From Candidatus Kerfeldbacteria bacterium (lineage in GTDB: Bacteria > Patescibacteriota > Patescibacteriia > SBBC01): 64,000 nucleotides of DNA. Positions within the stretch are counted from its first letter, which is position 1. The number at the start of each line of letters is the position of its first letter. Of the stretch, positions 55,563-64,000 are shown piece by piece. Location: the NCBI GenBank assembly GCA_043799405.1, contig JAZDNT010000003.1, positions 207,461 through 271,460 of the forward strand, written 5' to 3'. Under the pieces are notes generated by a model. That model was given only the letters and a program-made list of their open reading frames with translations. It was not told where the DNA came from and ran no database searches. The translations under genes were made by a program, and so were the position numbers.

Positions 55563-56329
55563 GACGTACCTCCCTTCCAGTGGATCTCCCGGGCGAGGCG
55601 ATGGTACGCCCGCGCACCGTTAGAATCCTTGCTATGTTCGAATATCGATCTGCCGAAACTCGGAGCTTCTGCGAGCTTTACGTTCCTCGGTACGACCGAA
55701 CGGAAAATTCGGTGCGGAAAGTGCTTGTAAACCTCTTCAAAGACGCTCTGCGCGAGCCCGCTGTCATGCTCGTACATCGTAAGGACAACGCCGAGGATAC
55801 TGAGATCGCTCTTCAAGTTCTGACGGACGAGTTCGATCGTCTCGAGGAGCTGCCCTAATCCTTCGAGCGAATAGTACTCGCACTGAACCGGAATGAGCAC
55901 CTCATCCGCTGCGGTCAGCGCGTTGATGGTAAGAAGACCGAGGCTCGGCGGACAGTCGATGAGGAGGTAGTCGTACCGGTCCGTAACCTGCGAGAGTGCG
56001 TCGATGAGCTTAAACTCGCGGCGGTCCTCTGTAACGAGCTCGACGGTGGCTCCTGCAAGGTTCGGGGTTGAGGGAAGGATGTGGATGCCGGTACGACCGC
56101 TGTCGCGGATCGCATCGATGGTCCGGACCTGCCCGGAGAGCGTTTCATAGACCCCGTGAGGGATCGTCCGGTAGTCGACGCCGAGTCCGCTCGTTGCGTT
56201 CGCCTGCGGATCGAGGTCGACGATGAGCACCCGGTTACCGATTGCGCCAAGCCCGACGCCGACGTTGATCGCGGTCGTGGTCTTCCCTACCCCGCCCTTC
56301 TGATTCACGATTGAGATGATCCGTGCCAT
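55559..56329 (-). CDS. parA: chromosome partitioning ATPase ParA/Soj
   Basis: Deviant Walker A NQKGGVGKTTT, plus DLDPQ and IDCPPSLG. Confidence 0.9.
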   Translation of the reverse strand: MARIISIVNQKGGVGKTTTAINVGVGLGAIGNRVLIVDLDPQANATSGLGVDYRTIPHGVYETLSGQVRTIDAIRDSGRTGIHILPSTPNLAGATVELVTEDRREFKLIDALSQVTDRYDYLLIDCPPSLGLLTINALTAADEVLIPVQCEYYSLEGLGQLLETIELVRQNLKSDLSILGVVLTMYEHDSGLAQSVFEEVYKHFPHRIFRSVVPRNVKLAEAPSFGRSIFEHSKDSNGARAYHRLAREIHWKGGTS

Positions 56330-56396
56330 GTAGTTCGTTCTCTAGTATACTGAAATTGACGCGCATTGGCGAGGGCGCTACACTATCTCGCTGCAA

Positions 56397-56484
56397 GCCG
56401 GGATGGCGGAACTGGTAGACGCACAGGACTCAAAATCCTGCGGTCCAAAAGACCATGAGAGTTCGAGTCTCTCTCCCGGCACCA
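56397..56484 (+). tRNA. tRNA-Leu (anticodon CAA), long variable arm, CCA encoded
   Basis: GCCGGGATGGCGGAACTGGTAGACGCACAGGACTCAAAATCCTGCGGTCCAAAAGACCATGAGAGTTCGAGTCTCTCTCCCGGCACCA. Confidence 0.9.
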
Positions 56485-56535
56485 GGCATACAACCAAAGA
56501 CAGCTTGCCCGAATCACTTTTCGGACTACTTGTCT

Positions 56536-56612
56536 TGGTACCGGGGGCCGGAATCGAACCGGCGACCTTGGGCTTATGAGTCCCACGCTCTAACCAACTG
56601 AGCTACCCCGGC
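56536..56612 (-). tRNA. tRNA with CAT anticodon (elongator Met, or Ile2 if lysidine-modified), CCA encoded
   Basis: GCCGGGGTAGCTCAGTTGGTTAGAGCGTGGGACTCATAAGCCCAAGGTCGCCGGTTCGATTCCGGCCCCCGGTACCA. G1-U72 acceptor pair. Confidence 0.85.
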
Positions 56613-56665
56613 ACGAATGCTATTGTACCACAACGCGCCACTCTTTTTTACAGCGTGGCAGGCTC

Positions 56666-56683
56666 TGGTTGCGGGAGGGGGAT
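56666..56683 (-). repeat. orphan duplicate of the tRNA-fMet 3' end (18 nt)
   Basis: tggttgcgggagggggat at 56666-56683 is identical to 56771-56788, which covers the CCA, acceptor 3' strand and T-stem 3' strand of tRNA-fMet. No cloverleaf can be built around it. Confidence 0.8.
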
Positions 56684-56770
56684 CCGACTACGCCGAAGGC
56701 TTCGTCGGACGGAACGGGGTGGAAGGAGGGTTGATACTGTTGGCTCGCCAACCGTAGCTTTAGCGAAGGT

Positions 56771-56845
56771 TGGTTGCGGGAGGGGGATTTGCACCCCCGA
56801 CCTCCGGATTATGAGCCCGGCGAGCTGCTACTGCTCTATCCCGCG
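56771..56845 (-). tRNA. initiator tRNA-fMet (CAT), CCA encoded
   Basis: CGCGGGATAGAGCAGTAGCAGCTCGCCGGGCTCATAATCCGGAGGTCGGGGGTGCAAATCCCCCTCCCGCAACCA. It has the C1xA72 mismatch and close similarity to E. coli tRNA-fMet. Confidence 0.85.
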
Positions 56846-57002
56846 GGAGGAGTATAGTGCAGAACATCAAGCTTGGCAAGAGGTTAGCCATAAAAGGCGA
56901 AACTCGACTTACTAAATTACTACAAATGAAAATGATGGCTACGGCAGCTTGAATTATCCTTGAAAACGTGCTACAATAACGAATAGTAAAATAAAAAAAC
57001 AA

Positions 57003-58202
57003 ATGCGAACAGCGATATCAATTGTCTTACTGGTTATCCTCGTCCCTACGACCGTTGTCGTTCTTGTTGTTTCATCATTACAGCAGAACGTACTCACGGC
57101 GAAGTTCCTAAAACATGAACTTGCTGAAAGACGCGCCTATTCGATCGTCGAAGACCAGGTTTCCGAGCAGATCGCGAAGCTTACATTGAACGACCTGCCG
57201 ATCGTCACTGCTGACCTCCAGGCGCTCGTCAAGCGCGTGTTTCCGGCTAGCTGGCTCCAGCAGAACGTCGAGAAGACACTCGACCGCTCCTTCGCCTGGT
57301 TCAACGGTCCAGCCGAGACGACCCTGTCGCTCCCGATCGATCTTTCGGGACCGAAAGCAGAGCTCATCCCCGGCGTCGATGCGCTTATCGAGTCGGCCAT
57401 TCCGCGCATGGCGGTATGTCCTCGTGAACACAAGCCGGACGAGCTCTGCCGCGTTCCCAACATGACGGTCGCGCAGGTCAAGGACATCCTCAAGCTCGGA
57501 GGTGTAGATCTCGCGTCCGTGACAACGCAGCTCCCTGATTCCTTCGACCTCGCCAATCCTGTCTTACCGGAAATCAAGCTTGGGAACGATAAAGAACAAA
57601 CCTCGTTTGTTGCGCCATCGACTAGTATCGTACTCGCCGCTCGTGTTGCAGCGGTATCTCCCGAAGAACAAAAGAAAATTGATGAACAAAAAAAGATCGA
57701 TGCACAAAAAAATACAAAAGACGACCAGAAAACGGATACAAAACAAAATCCCGACAACAAGCAACAAAAGGAAACATTCCAGCAGCAAGTAACAAAAGCC
57801 GTCGACCAACTGACCAAAGTAAAGGAACAGTACCAACAAGTCCTGCAGGTCTGGTTGTACGTCCTTATTGGCTACGGCGTGTTGATCCTTGGTTTCCTGC
57901 TCATCAACCTGAATGGGTGGAAACGGTTTACGCGATGGGCGGGCATTCTCGGTGTGTCGATCGGAACAATACCGCTTACAGTGAGCATTGCGAGCAACGT
58001 CGTCGTTGAAAACAACATTTTACCGCTTATCCATTTCGATAGCAGTACGCCAACTGATATTCAAACTGCCGTTCCGGCAGCCATTCGCGACGTGCAGTAC
58101 GCCCTGTTCTCCCCCATTCTCATCGCGAGCGTCGTCATCGTCGTATGCGGGATCGGGGCGATCATCAGCGCGCACTTTATCGCACAACCGAAAGAGAAAT
58201 GA
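57003..58202 (+). CDS. hypothetical membrane protein (399 aa) with Lys/Gln-rich central segment
   Basis: N-terminal TM helix, then about 250 extracytoplasmic aa. Central segment EEQKKIDEQKKIDAQKNTKDDQKTDTKQNPDNKQQKE. Then 3-4 C-terminal TM segments. Confidence 0.6.
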   Translation: MRTAISIVLLVILVPTTVVVLVVSSLQQNVLTAKFLKHELAERRAYSIVEDQVSEQIAKLTLNDLPIVTADLQALVKRVFPASWLQQNVEKTLDRSFAWFNGPAETTLSLPIDLSGPKAELIPGVDALIESAIPRMAVCPREHKPDELCRVPNMTVAQVKDILKLGGVDLASVTTQLPDSFDLANPVLPEIKLGNDKEQTSFVAPSTSIVLAARVAAVSPEEQKKIDEQKKIDAQKNTKDDQKTDTKQNPDNKQQKETFQQQVTKAVDQLTKVKEQYQQVLQVWLYVLIGYGVLILGFLLINLNGWKRFTRWAGILGVSIGTIPLTVSIASNVVVENNILPLIHFDSSTPTDIQTAVPAAIRDVQYALFSPILIASVVIVVCGIGAIISAHFIAQPKEK

Positions 58203-58258
58203 GTACATTATCAACCGAGGTTGGTAAAACAAAAATCATTATCTAAGAAAAATAAGCT

Positions 58259-58465
58259 ATGAAAACCTTAGAAGAGATCCAAGCGAAAAAAGAAGAGCTC
58301 GAAGAAGAGCTTGACGGACTCGACGACCAGCTCGAGGAACAGGCGCAGGACGAGGACATCGAGGAAATGACGCCGGAGCGCGACAAGCTTGAAAACGAGT
58401 ACGAATTCAAAGAAAAAGCGCTCAAAGGGCAGATCGCGCTACTTGAGTGGATTCTCGGAGAATAG
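58259..58465 (+). CDS. small acidic coiled-coil protein (68 aa)
   Basis: MKTLEEIQAKKEELEEELDGLDDQLEEQAQDEDIEEM.... ORF track only. Confidence 0.4.
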   Translation: MKTLEEIQAKKEELEEELDGLDDQLEEQAQDEDIEEMTPERDKLENEYEFKEKALKGQIALLEWILGE

Positions 58466-58486
58466 CAGCTAGCCGGAGAACGCCTG

Positions 58487-58702
58487 CTAGTCTGATTTGT
58501 CTTTGCACTCTTTAAAAACCGCGGCTGGCGAGCACGGCGGATTGTCGCACTTGTTCGGGACAAGGACGCTCAAACAGCGGTCGTCTTTTTTGCACTGCAG
58601 TTCTGACAGCGAACTGCAGCTCTTTCGGCCGGTGAGCAATACCGCTAAAACGCCGCCTACGATCACGACAGCGACAATGATGATGATCTGCATTCTTTTC
58701 AT
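58487..58702 (-). CDS. small signal-anchored Cys-rich protein (71 aa, 7 Cys)
   Basis: MKRMQIIIIVAVVIVGGVLAVLL, then SCSSLSELQCKKDDRCLSVLVPNKCDNPPCSPAAVFKECK. Confidence 0.45.
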   Translation of the reverse strand: MKRMQIIIIVAVVIVGGVLAVLLTGRKSCSSLSELQCKKDDRCLSVLVPNKCDNPPCSPAAVFKECKDKSD

Positions 58703-58815
58703 AGTTACTCAATTCTACCAAAATCGACATATTGTATCAACGTATGCCAGCGGAAAATAATAAAGATATCTAATGTATATTGAAAATTGCTGCGATATAT
58801 AGTACAATGTAGAAA

Positions 58816-61140
58816 ATGATACACAAATTACATCGACATTTGCACCATAAGACGCACCTGCCTATGTTGAGCGTCTTTTCTGTTGTCGCGGGATTGCTTG
58901 TAGTGCTGGCGATCTTTGTGTACGAATTCGTTCCGAGTCCTTCAGGAACGAATATAGCTTACGCCTTCCTTTCGTCGCCCTGCTTCCCATCGAGCGGTAA
59001 CACGCCGACCAACTCACAGTCGAACCTTACCGAAACTCCGGTACCGGTAACTCCTCCTATCTCGGGAATATATACGTTCCGCGCGTCGTTCATGTTCCCC
59101 ACGTACTTAACGCAAACGAACTTTCCAGCAACGGGCACGTGCGTCGAGCTCGCGATCACCGAGGCGCTCTCACCAACAACGGTGAGAAAATACTACTCAT
59201 GGATGAGCGAGGTAGGAACGCTCCGTCCGGATGCCATGGGATACGACATTTCGATACCCTACAATACGACGCAGCTTGCAAATACCTCGGCAACGCTTAC
59301 GTCCGACGGGTACACGTTCAACGTTTCCGTATACGGAAACGGCATGATCTATACAAACTCAACCTCTCCCAATAACTTTGACGTCTGCAATGCGAGTTCA
59401 GGCTCAGGTGAGGAACAGTACCAGATCACCTCACCGGCAAACAATCAGACGTTCTCCGCGGCGTTCACGATGAGGGTGTACAAACCAGCGAGCGCGGTCG
59501 CGCCAGCCGTAGTGTTGGCAAGGCTCGGCAGCGCTCCGGCAAATCCGGTACTGCCGTGGAGCAACACGCTCCCAGCCGGATCGCCCTCAGGCACCGAGTA
59601 CGTATTCTCGATCCCCTTCTTTAGTCCGGGTCAGTACGTGTACCGCGCCTGCCCGAACGGCATGAGTTCGTCACAATTATCTCTCACGGATCCGGCGCCA
59701 CGGTGTTCGCCCGCGGTCGTTGTGACTTTCTCAACTACCAGTACGACGAACCCTCCTTCCTCAAACACCAACACTCCTGCCGCCACGAACACAAACAGCT
59801 CAACAACGAGCACACCGTACCCGCCGACGATTTCGGCGCCGACGTCAGGATCATCGCTCAATGAGCTATCAACAATAACTGGGTACGCTGAGCCCGGGAT
59901 CAAGGTCAGAATCGACCTTGCTCGAATCGATCCGCCGACAGCAGGTTCAGCGGCCGTTACGTATTTCCTTATTAAAACGGCCGAACTTACTACGCCAACG
60001 TCATCCGGCACCCTCAACCTCGGAATTGATCCCTTGAAGCCCGCCAGGTATCGTATAGCCGCGGCATCATATAAGAACGGCGCCTGGAGCCAGGCGGCCT
60101 ACACCGAATTCACCATCAAGCCGGTTTCGATAAGCATTACCAATAAATCACCGACACCGCTCACGGGAGAGGTGACGTTCGAGGCTATTGCAAATCGTTC
60201 TGACCTTGGAACGGTCTCGTTCTACCGGGCGCCATCATCAACAACGACAGCCTCGCCGGATATCCTGATCGGTTCTGGTAACCGCGTAGTTGGGTCGTAT
60301 GCAAAGTGGTCGCTGACCTTCAATTCAAAGGGTCATCCGAACGGAACCTACCGATTTTTTGCACAGGGCCAGGTCGCCGGTACGACCGCTAACAGTAGTT
60401 CGTTCTCTTGTGCGATACAGAACGTTTCGGGAACCTCAACGACTACTCCTCCATCAGGTGGTTCGGGTACTTCGACAAACACCAATAGTACCCAGGGATC
60501 AGCCACTCCTGGCACTAACAATGAACCGACATCCACCAATACGAACAGTACGATCGCGAACCAGCCGCCAACAGGCGAGCAACAGGGTGAAGCAACGCCT
60601 ACGGCCACGGAATTAACAGTAGCTATCGACCTGCAGGACAATCCTGCTGCAGATCCGCGTCAGAGCGGAGAAGCAACGCCTGAAACGCTCGCCGTACAGG
60701 CCGTCACGAACATCCAGTCTAACGCGAACCTTCCGACTGGGCTGAAGCTTTCTGGCATCGGTCCGTCGAACAGCATTGTCACGATCTACATCTTCTCGTC
60801 GCCGATCGTTATTACGACGACAACGGACGCATCGGGAAACTGGACGTATACGCTCGACCGCCCTCTCGACAACGGCAGCCACGAGGTCTACGTCACGGTC
60901 ACTGACAGTACGGGGTCTGTCGAGCAAAAAAGCAATCCGATGTCGTTCTTCGTTGCAGAGGCCCGCGCCGTCACGCAACAGGACTATAAGCGCTATCAGC
61001 AGCAGCAATCACGAATGTACGAGACCTATACGAAATACTACCTTCTGATCGCAGGTCTGCTCGTGGGCTTCGCGGTTGTGCTGTTCCTCTACTTCCGTCT
61101 GCGCAATCACCATCGCCGCGTTATCGCGAGGATAGAGTAG
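58816..61140 (+). CDS. large surface protein (774 aa) with N- and C-terminal TM anchors, Thr/Ser/Asn-rich linkers and an Ig-like domain
   Basis: N-terminal TM helix LSVFSVVAGLLVVLAIFVY. Linkers TTSTTNPPSSNTNTPAATNTNSSTTST. Ig-like segment IVTIYIFSSPIVITTTTDASGNWTYTLDRPLDNGSHEVYVTVTDSTG. C-terminal TM helix YYLLIAGLLVGFAVVLFLYF. Confidence 0.65.
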   Translation: MIHKLHRHLHHKTHLPMLSVFSVVAGLLVVLAIFVYEFVPSPSGTNIAYAFLSSPCFPSSGNTPTNSQSNLTETPVPVTPPISGIYTFRASFMFPTYLTQTNFPATGTCVELAITEALSPTTVRKYYSWMSEVGTLRPDAMGYDISIPYNTTQLANTSATLTSDGYTFNVSVYGNGMIYTNSTSPNNFDVCNASSGSGEEQYQITSPANNQTFSAAFTMRVYKPASAVAPAVVLARLGSAPANPVLPWSNTLPAGSPSGTEYVFSIPFFSPGQYVYRACPNGMSSSQLSLTDPAPRCSPAVVVTFSTTSTTNPPSSNTNTPAATNTNSSTTSTPYPPTISAPTSGSSLNELSTITGYAEPGIKVRIDLARIDPPTAGSAAVTYFLIKTAELTTPTSSGTLNLGIDPLKPARYRIAAASYKNGAWSQAAYTEFTIKPVSISITNKSPTPLTGEVTFEAIANRSDLGTVSFYRAPSSTTTASPDILIGSGNRVVGSYAKWSLTFNSKGHPNGTYRFFAQGQVAGTTANSSSFSCAIQNVSGTSTTTPPSGGSGTSTNTNSTQGSATPGTNNEPTSTNTNSTIANQPPTGEQQGEATPTATELTVAIDLQDNPAADPRQSGEATPETLAVQAVTNIQSNANLPTGLKLSGIGPSNSIVTIYIFSSPIVITTTTDASGNWTYTLDRPLDNGSHEVYVTVTDSTGSVEQKSNPMSFFVAEARAVTQQDYKRYQQQQSRMYETYTKYYLLIAGLLVGFAVVLFLYFRLRNHHRRVIARIE

Positions 61141-61223
61141 ACCATATCTACCTGAACGCTGGACAAAACGAGTTTCTGGGCGTTATACTTTTACCAGTAA
61201 CACTCATAACATAAGGGGGCAGT

Positions 61224-62783
61224 ATGCCGAATAACATTCCGACCGAACAGAAGGTCACGACGAAGCCAAAAGTGCTCGTAGCGATCGTTGGCGTTCTTGC
61301 GCTCGCCGCTGCCGCGGCGTTCGCCATACTACCAACAATCCTCAACGAAAAGAGCGGCACAACCGAAGTCGCAAAAGGGTCTGCGAAGCCGCTGAAGGTC
61401 GTCGACGTCACACAGGCGTCATCGGAAATAAACCTACAGGGCACCTTCTTCGCACTTACCTATAAGGCGGGCATCAAAATAGTGTACTCGCAACCCGACC
61501 TTGTCGGCAGCCCCGAAGCCCTTTCGCCGATCAACCCCGAGGCGGCGCTCTCGATCACGCGTACCGATTCGTTGTCCGCGGCCAACGGGCATTCGCTCAT
61601 TCATGATCTCTTGGCGCCGAACACCGCCCACGCGCAAGGTACGCCGTACAGCATCGGCGACCTCCCCATGACCGGCCTGCCGACACAGATGATACTCATC
61701 GCGTACCGGGGCTCGAAGGATACGGCTGATAAGACCCTCAACGTCTGCATCGGAGAGACGAGCGCGCAAAAGGTCTACGTCGCCACCGACGGATCGACCT
61801 ATACGGACAGCGGTCTCACCCACCGGACGACCGTTGAACCGTGCGAGACCCTCACCGCGCGTACCTTCGCGCCGACAAAGATCATCGGCGGTAAGGTCAT
61901 TGCGGAACCGAGTACCGTCTCATACGGCCAAATGTGGGAATTCGACAGGTACTACAATACGCTCGCGTACTTCACGCGCAGTAAGGGATACGATCCAACG
62001 AAATTCACACCGAATCCCGAGGTCACCGAACCGTCGAAATCACCGATGCGGGGCGCGTATGTCTTCACTAATAATCTTGTACTCGATCCAACCAATCCAA
62101 TCACTGACGAGTCGCCGGCGGCACTGTTCCGTATCGACTCGCAAACGAACGGGATCGCCTCATCAATGACCTTGTGCTTCCCTCGTGTCTCACCCAATCA
62201 ACCGAACCACCAGATGATCTTTTACTTCGACAACAAAGGTACGCCGTACCGCGACATCCTGCTCTCGGATCGAGCAATGACGACTTCCTGTCCTGAGCTC
62301 ATTACAAAGAGTTTTGCTCCGGAAACCGTGACGAAAGCGAACACGTCGCCGGTACTACCCGGAACAGATGAATTGGGGTACTTCACCATCTGGGTTGTGA
62401 ACCGCGGTAAAGAAATCGGTGTGACGAACGGCACGCTCTGGCAGACGATTGACAATGGACCATCACGAAACATTGTCCATCCGATGGTCCTCGTGCTCGG
62501 CGGCGCCATGGATGGCAACCAGCCGGTTACCATACCGTCAGTAAACGTCTCGATCACCGATGGAGCCGGTAAAGTATCAAAGCTCTGTTTTGCCGGAGCG
62601 AACAACGTCACAAAGTCCACGGTATTGAGCTGGCAGCTCCAATACTACTACGACAGCTCGCTCAAACCCTACAAGGACATGTTCCTGACCGAGCCGGTTT
62701 CGTGCACGCCTCAATCATCAGGAGGTAGCGGTACGACGCCAGTGAGGATCCCTGACGACGACATCGGAACATCTCCTCTATAA
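61224..62783 (+). CDS. signal-anchored exoprotein (519 aa), unknown function
   Basis: N-terminal TM helix VLVAIVGVLALAAAAAFAILPTIL. No family recognised. Confidence 0.6.
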   Translation: MPNNIPTEQKVTTKPKVLVAIVGVLALAAAAAFAILPTILNEKSGTTEVAKGSAKPLKVVDVTQASSEINLQGTFFALTYKAGIKIVYSQPDLVGSPEALSPINPEAALSITRTDSLSAANGHSLIHDLLAPNTAHAQGTPYSIGDLPMTGLPTQMILIAYRGSKDTADKTLNVCIGETSAQKVYVATDGSTYTDSGLTHRTTVEPCETLTARTFAPTKIIGGKVIAEPSTVSYGQMWEFDRYYNTLAYFTRSKGYDPTKFTPNPEVTEPSKSPMRGAYVFTNNLVLDPTNPITDESPAALFRIDSQTNGIASSMTLCFPRVSPNQPNHQMIFYFDNKGTPYRDILLSDRAMTTSCPELITKSFAPETVTKANTSPVLPGTDELGYFTIWVVNRGKEIGVTNGTLWQTIDNGPSRNIVHPMVLVLGGAMDGNQPVTIPSVNVSITDGAGKVSKLCFAGANNVTKSTVLSWQLQYYYDSSLKPYKDMFLTEPVSCTPQSSGGSGTTPVRIPDDDIGTSPL

Positions 62784-62804
62784 AAAACGAACAAGAGACA
62801 ACAC

Positions 62805-62829
62805 AAAACCGGCGCATAGCCGGTTTTGT
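62805..62829 (+). terminator. rho-independent terminator
   Basis: AACCGGC (62807-62813) pairs with GCCGGTT (62819-62825), followed by TTGT. Confidence 0.6.
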
Positions 62830-62866
62830 CGTCCGCACGATCTTGGTAATAACGAATTACATCACT

Positions 62867-64000
62867 TCACGGCGAAACCGTCCCGTGATCCTTAAGCCAG
62901 ACCGCTGGATCATACCAAGCTGAGAGTACGCTGCTCGATTGTACGTACCCCTTTACGTTCAACGAAGCCCCTTTCAGCAGCCCGAAGTGAAGGTGTTTGC
63001 GCTCACCATCAGTCTCCTTTGAGTACCCGGTTCCGAGGACGGCGATCTTCTGTCCGGCGGTCACTGCATCCCCTTTCTTTACGGTTACTGCTGACAGCCT
63101 GACATGCCCGTATAGCGCAGTAACGGTTTCACCGCTGACATCGCACTGGATCATGACAACGCCGCCGTACCCGCTCACGTAGTTCACGTAGACGACCGTG
63201 CCGTCTGCACTGGAATACACCGGCACATCCGTTTTTTCTTCCCCCGTTACTATCTCGGCATCGACGCCAGTATGGTAGCCCTTGAACCGCTCAGGCTGGA
63301 TCGGAGAGTTCTGCGGCGTTATGTACTGCCCGAACTGTTTCTTCGTGATACGGCTGAAAAAATCAGCTATCGGAAGCGCGACGTTTACCTTCACACTATC
63401 TGTTGAAGCATTCATAGCAACTGGCGCCGGCGCTGTTGCGGTTACATCAGACGAAGGGCCAGAATTTCGTCTTAAGTACCAGAACTGATCGCGGTGGTGA
63501 ACGACGGTGAACGCCGGATCTTTCGAAAGGCGCAAAACTTCCGCGCTGATCTGCTCCTTCGGGAGAAGGTCGTAATCGCCGCCCTCGAGTATGACGATAG
63601 CGTCGGCTTTATCGAGATCCCTCGGGAAACCCCATACCATATCACGACGCGAGAACTGCGGTCCGAGGTTGTTCGTTGTCACGACGCGGTCGGCAGGCTT
63701 CAGGGACGCTTGCACGAGACGCACATCCTGACGGTACGGAGACGCCTTAAAAACATCGAGTGCGTTATCGCTGTAGCGCAGCCCGGGAAGCGGACTCCAT
63801 TTCCAAATGCTTACTGCAGCGAGCGCGATAACGCATACGATTGCCACCCGCTCAGCAGATCCGGCAATGCGGGGGAACCGCGGCGTAAACGCATCGCGCC
63901 ATCGTCGAGCTCGCGCCCATCCGTCGATCACTGACAAGAACATGAACGGCGTTATCACGGACATGTAGTGGAAAAAAATGGAATGCTGGTTTACGTTGCT
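62867..64000 (-). CDS. M23 (LytM) peptidase domain at the C-terminus of a larger protein; frame open to window end
   Basis: YHTGVDAEI...GTVVYV...GYGGVVMIQ...ALYGHV...GQKIAVLG...HLHFGL. Upstream of ATG 63964 the frame stays open to 64000 (SNVNQHSIFFHY-MSVITPF...), so the true start is probably outside the window. Confidence 0.75.
   Translation of the reverse strand, partial: SNVNQHSIFFHYMSVITPFMFLSVIDGWARARRWRDAFTPRFPRIAGSAERVAIVCVIALAAVSIWKWSPLPGLRYSDNALDVFKASPYRQDVRLVQASLKPADRVVTTNNLGPQFSRRDMVWGFPRDLDKADAIVILEGGDYDLLPKEQISAEVLRLSKDPAFTVVHHRDQFWYLRRNSGPSSDVTATAPAPVAMNASTDSVKVNVALPIADFFSRITKKQFGQYITPQNSPIQPERFKGYHTGVDAEIVTGEEKTDVPVYSSADGTVVYVNYVSGYGGVVMIQCDVSGETVTALYGHVRLSAVTVKKGDAVTAGQKIAVLGTGYSKETDGERKHLHFGLLKGASLNVKGYVQSSSVLSAWYDPAVWLKDHGTVSP

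Noticed and set aside
56383-57002. Track ORFs 56383..56586, 56655..56915 and 56760..57002
   Set aside because: They overlap three tRNA genes and the tRNA-fragment spacer, so their reading frames are incidental.
54699-57002. parS site (tGTTtCAcGTGAAAcA) near parAB
   Set aside because: No close match was noticed in or around parA and parB while reading. CACGTGAAC strings at about 34.1 and 34.7 kb are inside the giant ORF and lack the flanking palindrome. A pattern search is needed before claiming absence.

Overview
Dense 64 kb chromosomal segment: about 60 protein genes, 4 tRNAs and several candidate RNA elements. By inference it comes from a small-genome, monoderm, CPR/Patescibacteria-like bacterium. 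The gene content supporting this is a giant surface protein with a VirB2/TrbC-pilin-like anchor, many membrane-anchored exoproteins with Asn/Thr-rich linkers, DUF559, a split ComEC plus DprA, NrdR with a B12-dependent class II RNR, LCP, an L,D-transpeptidase, and no outer-membrane genes. Genetic code 11 is supported by an intact RF2 +1 frameshift site that uses UGA as a stop. Recognisable housekeeping genes are glmS, prfB, nrdJ, nrdR, ftsA, ftsZ, ybeY, dgkA, rpsU, hisS, lepB, pth, mfd, dprA, topA, rel, parA and parB, plus tRNA-Val, tRNA-Leu, tRNA-Met and tRNA-fMet. Transcription runs almost entirely on the minus strand up to about 39.1 kb and switches to the plus strand at about 39.5 kb. Items worth a second look: (1) a 2,235-aa pilin-anchored Cys-rich IPT surface protein directly behind rpsU-yqeY, followed by two calcium-repeat exoproteins; (2) a tandem triplet of exoprotein paralogs with homogenised gene ends; (3) a cobalamin chain running from a candidate riboswitch through a DUF4430-like protein, a membrane protein and cobA to nrdJ, with a clear NrdR-boxed promoter; (4) topA interrupted in an A9/A7 tract; (5) an exoprotein gene translationally coupled between ftsA and ftsZ; (6) an island of tiny membrane ORFs plus an excisionase-like HTH gene; (7) an 18-nt duplicate of the tRNA-fMet 3' end; (8) a candidate SRP RNA and two unexplained structured non-coding gaps. 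All functional calls rest on reading the translated sequences and motifs by eye; no searches were run.
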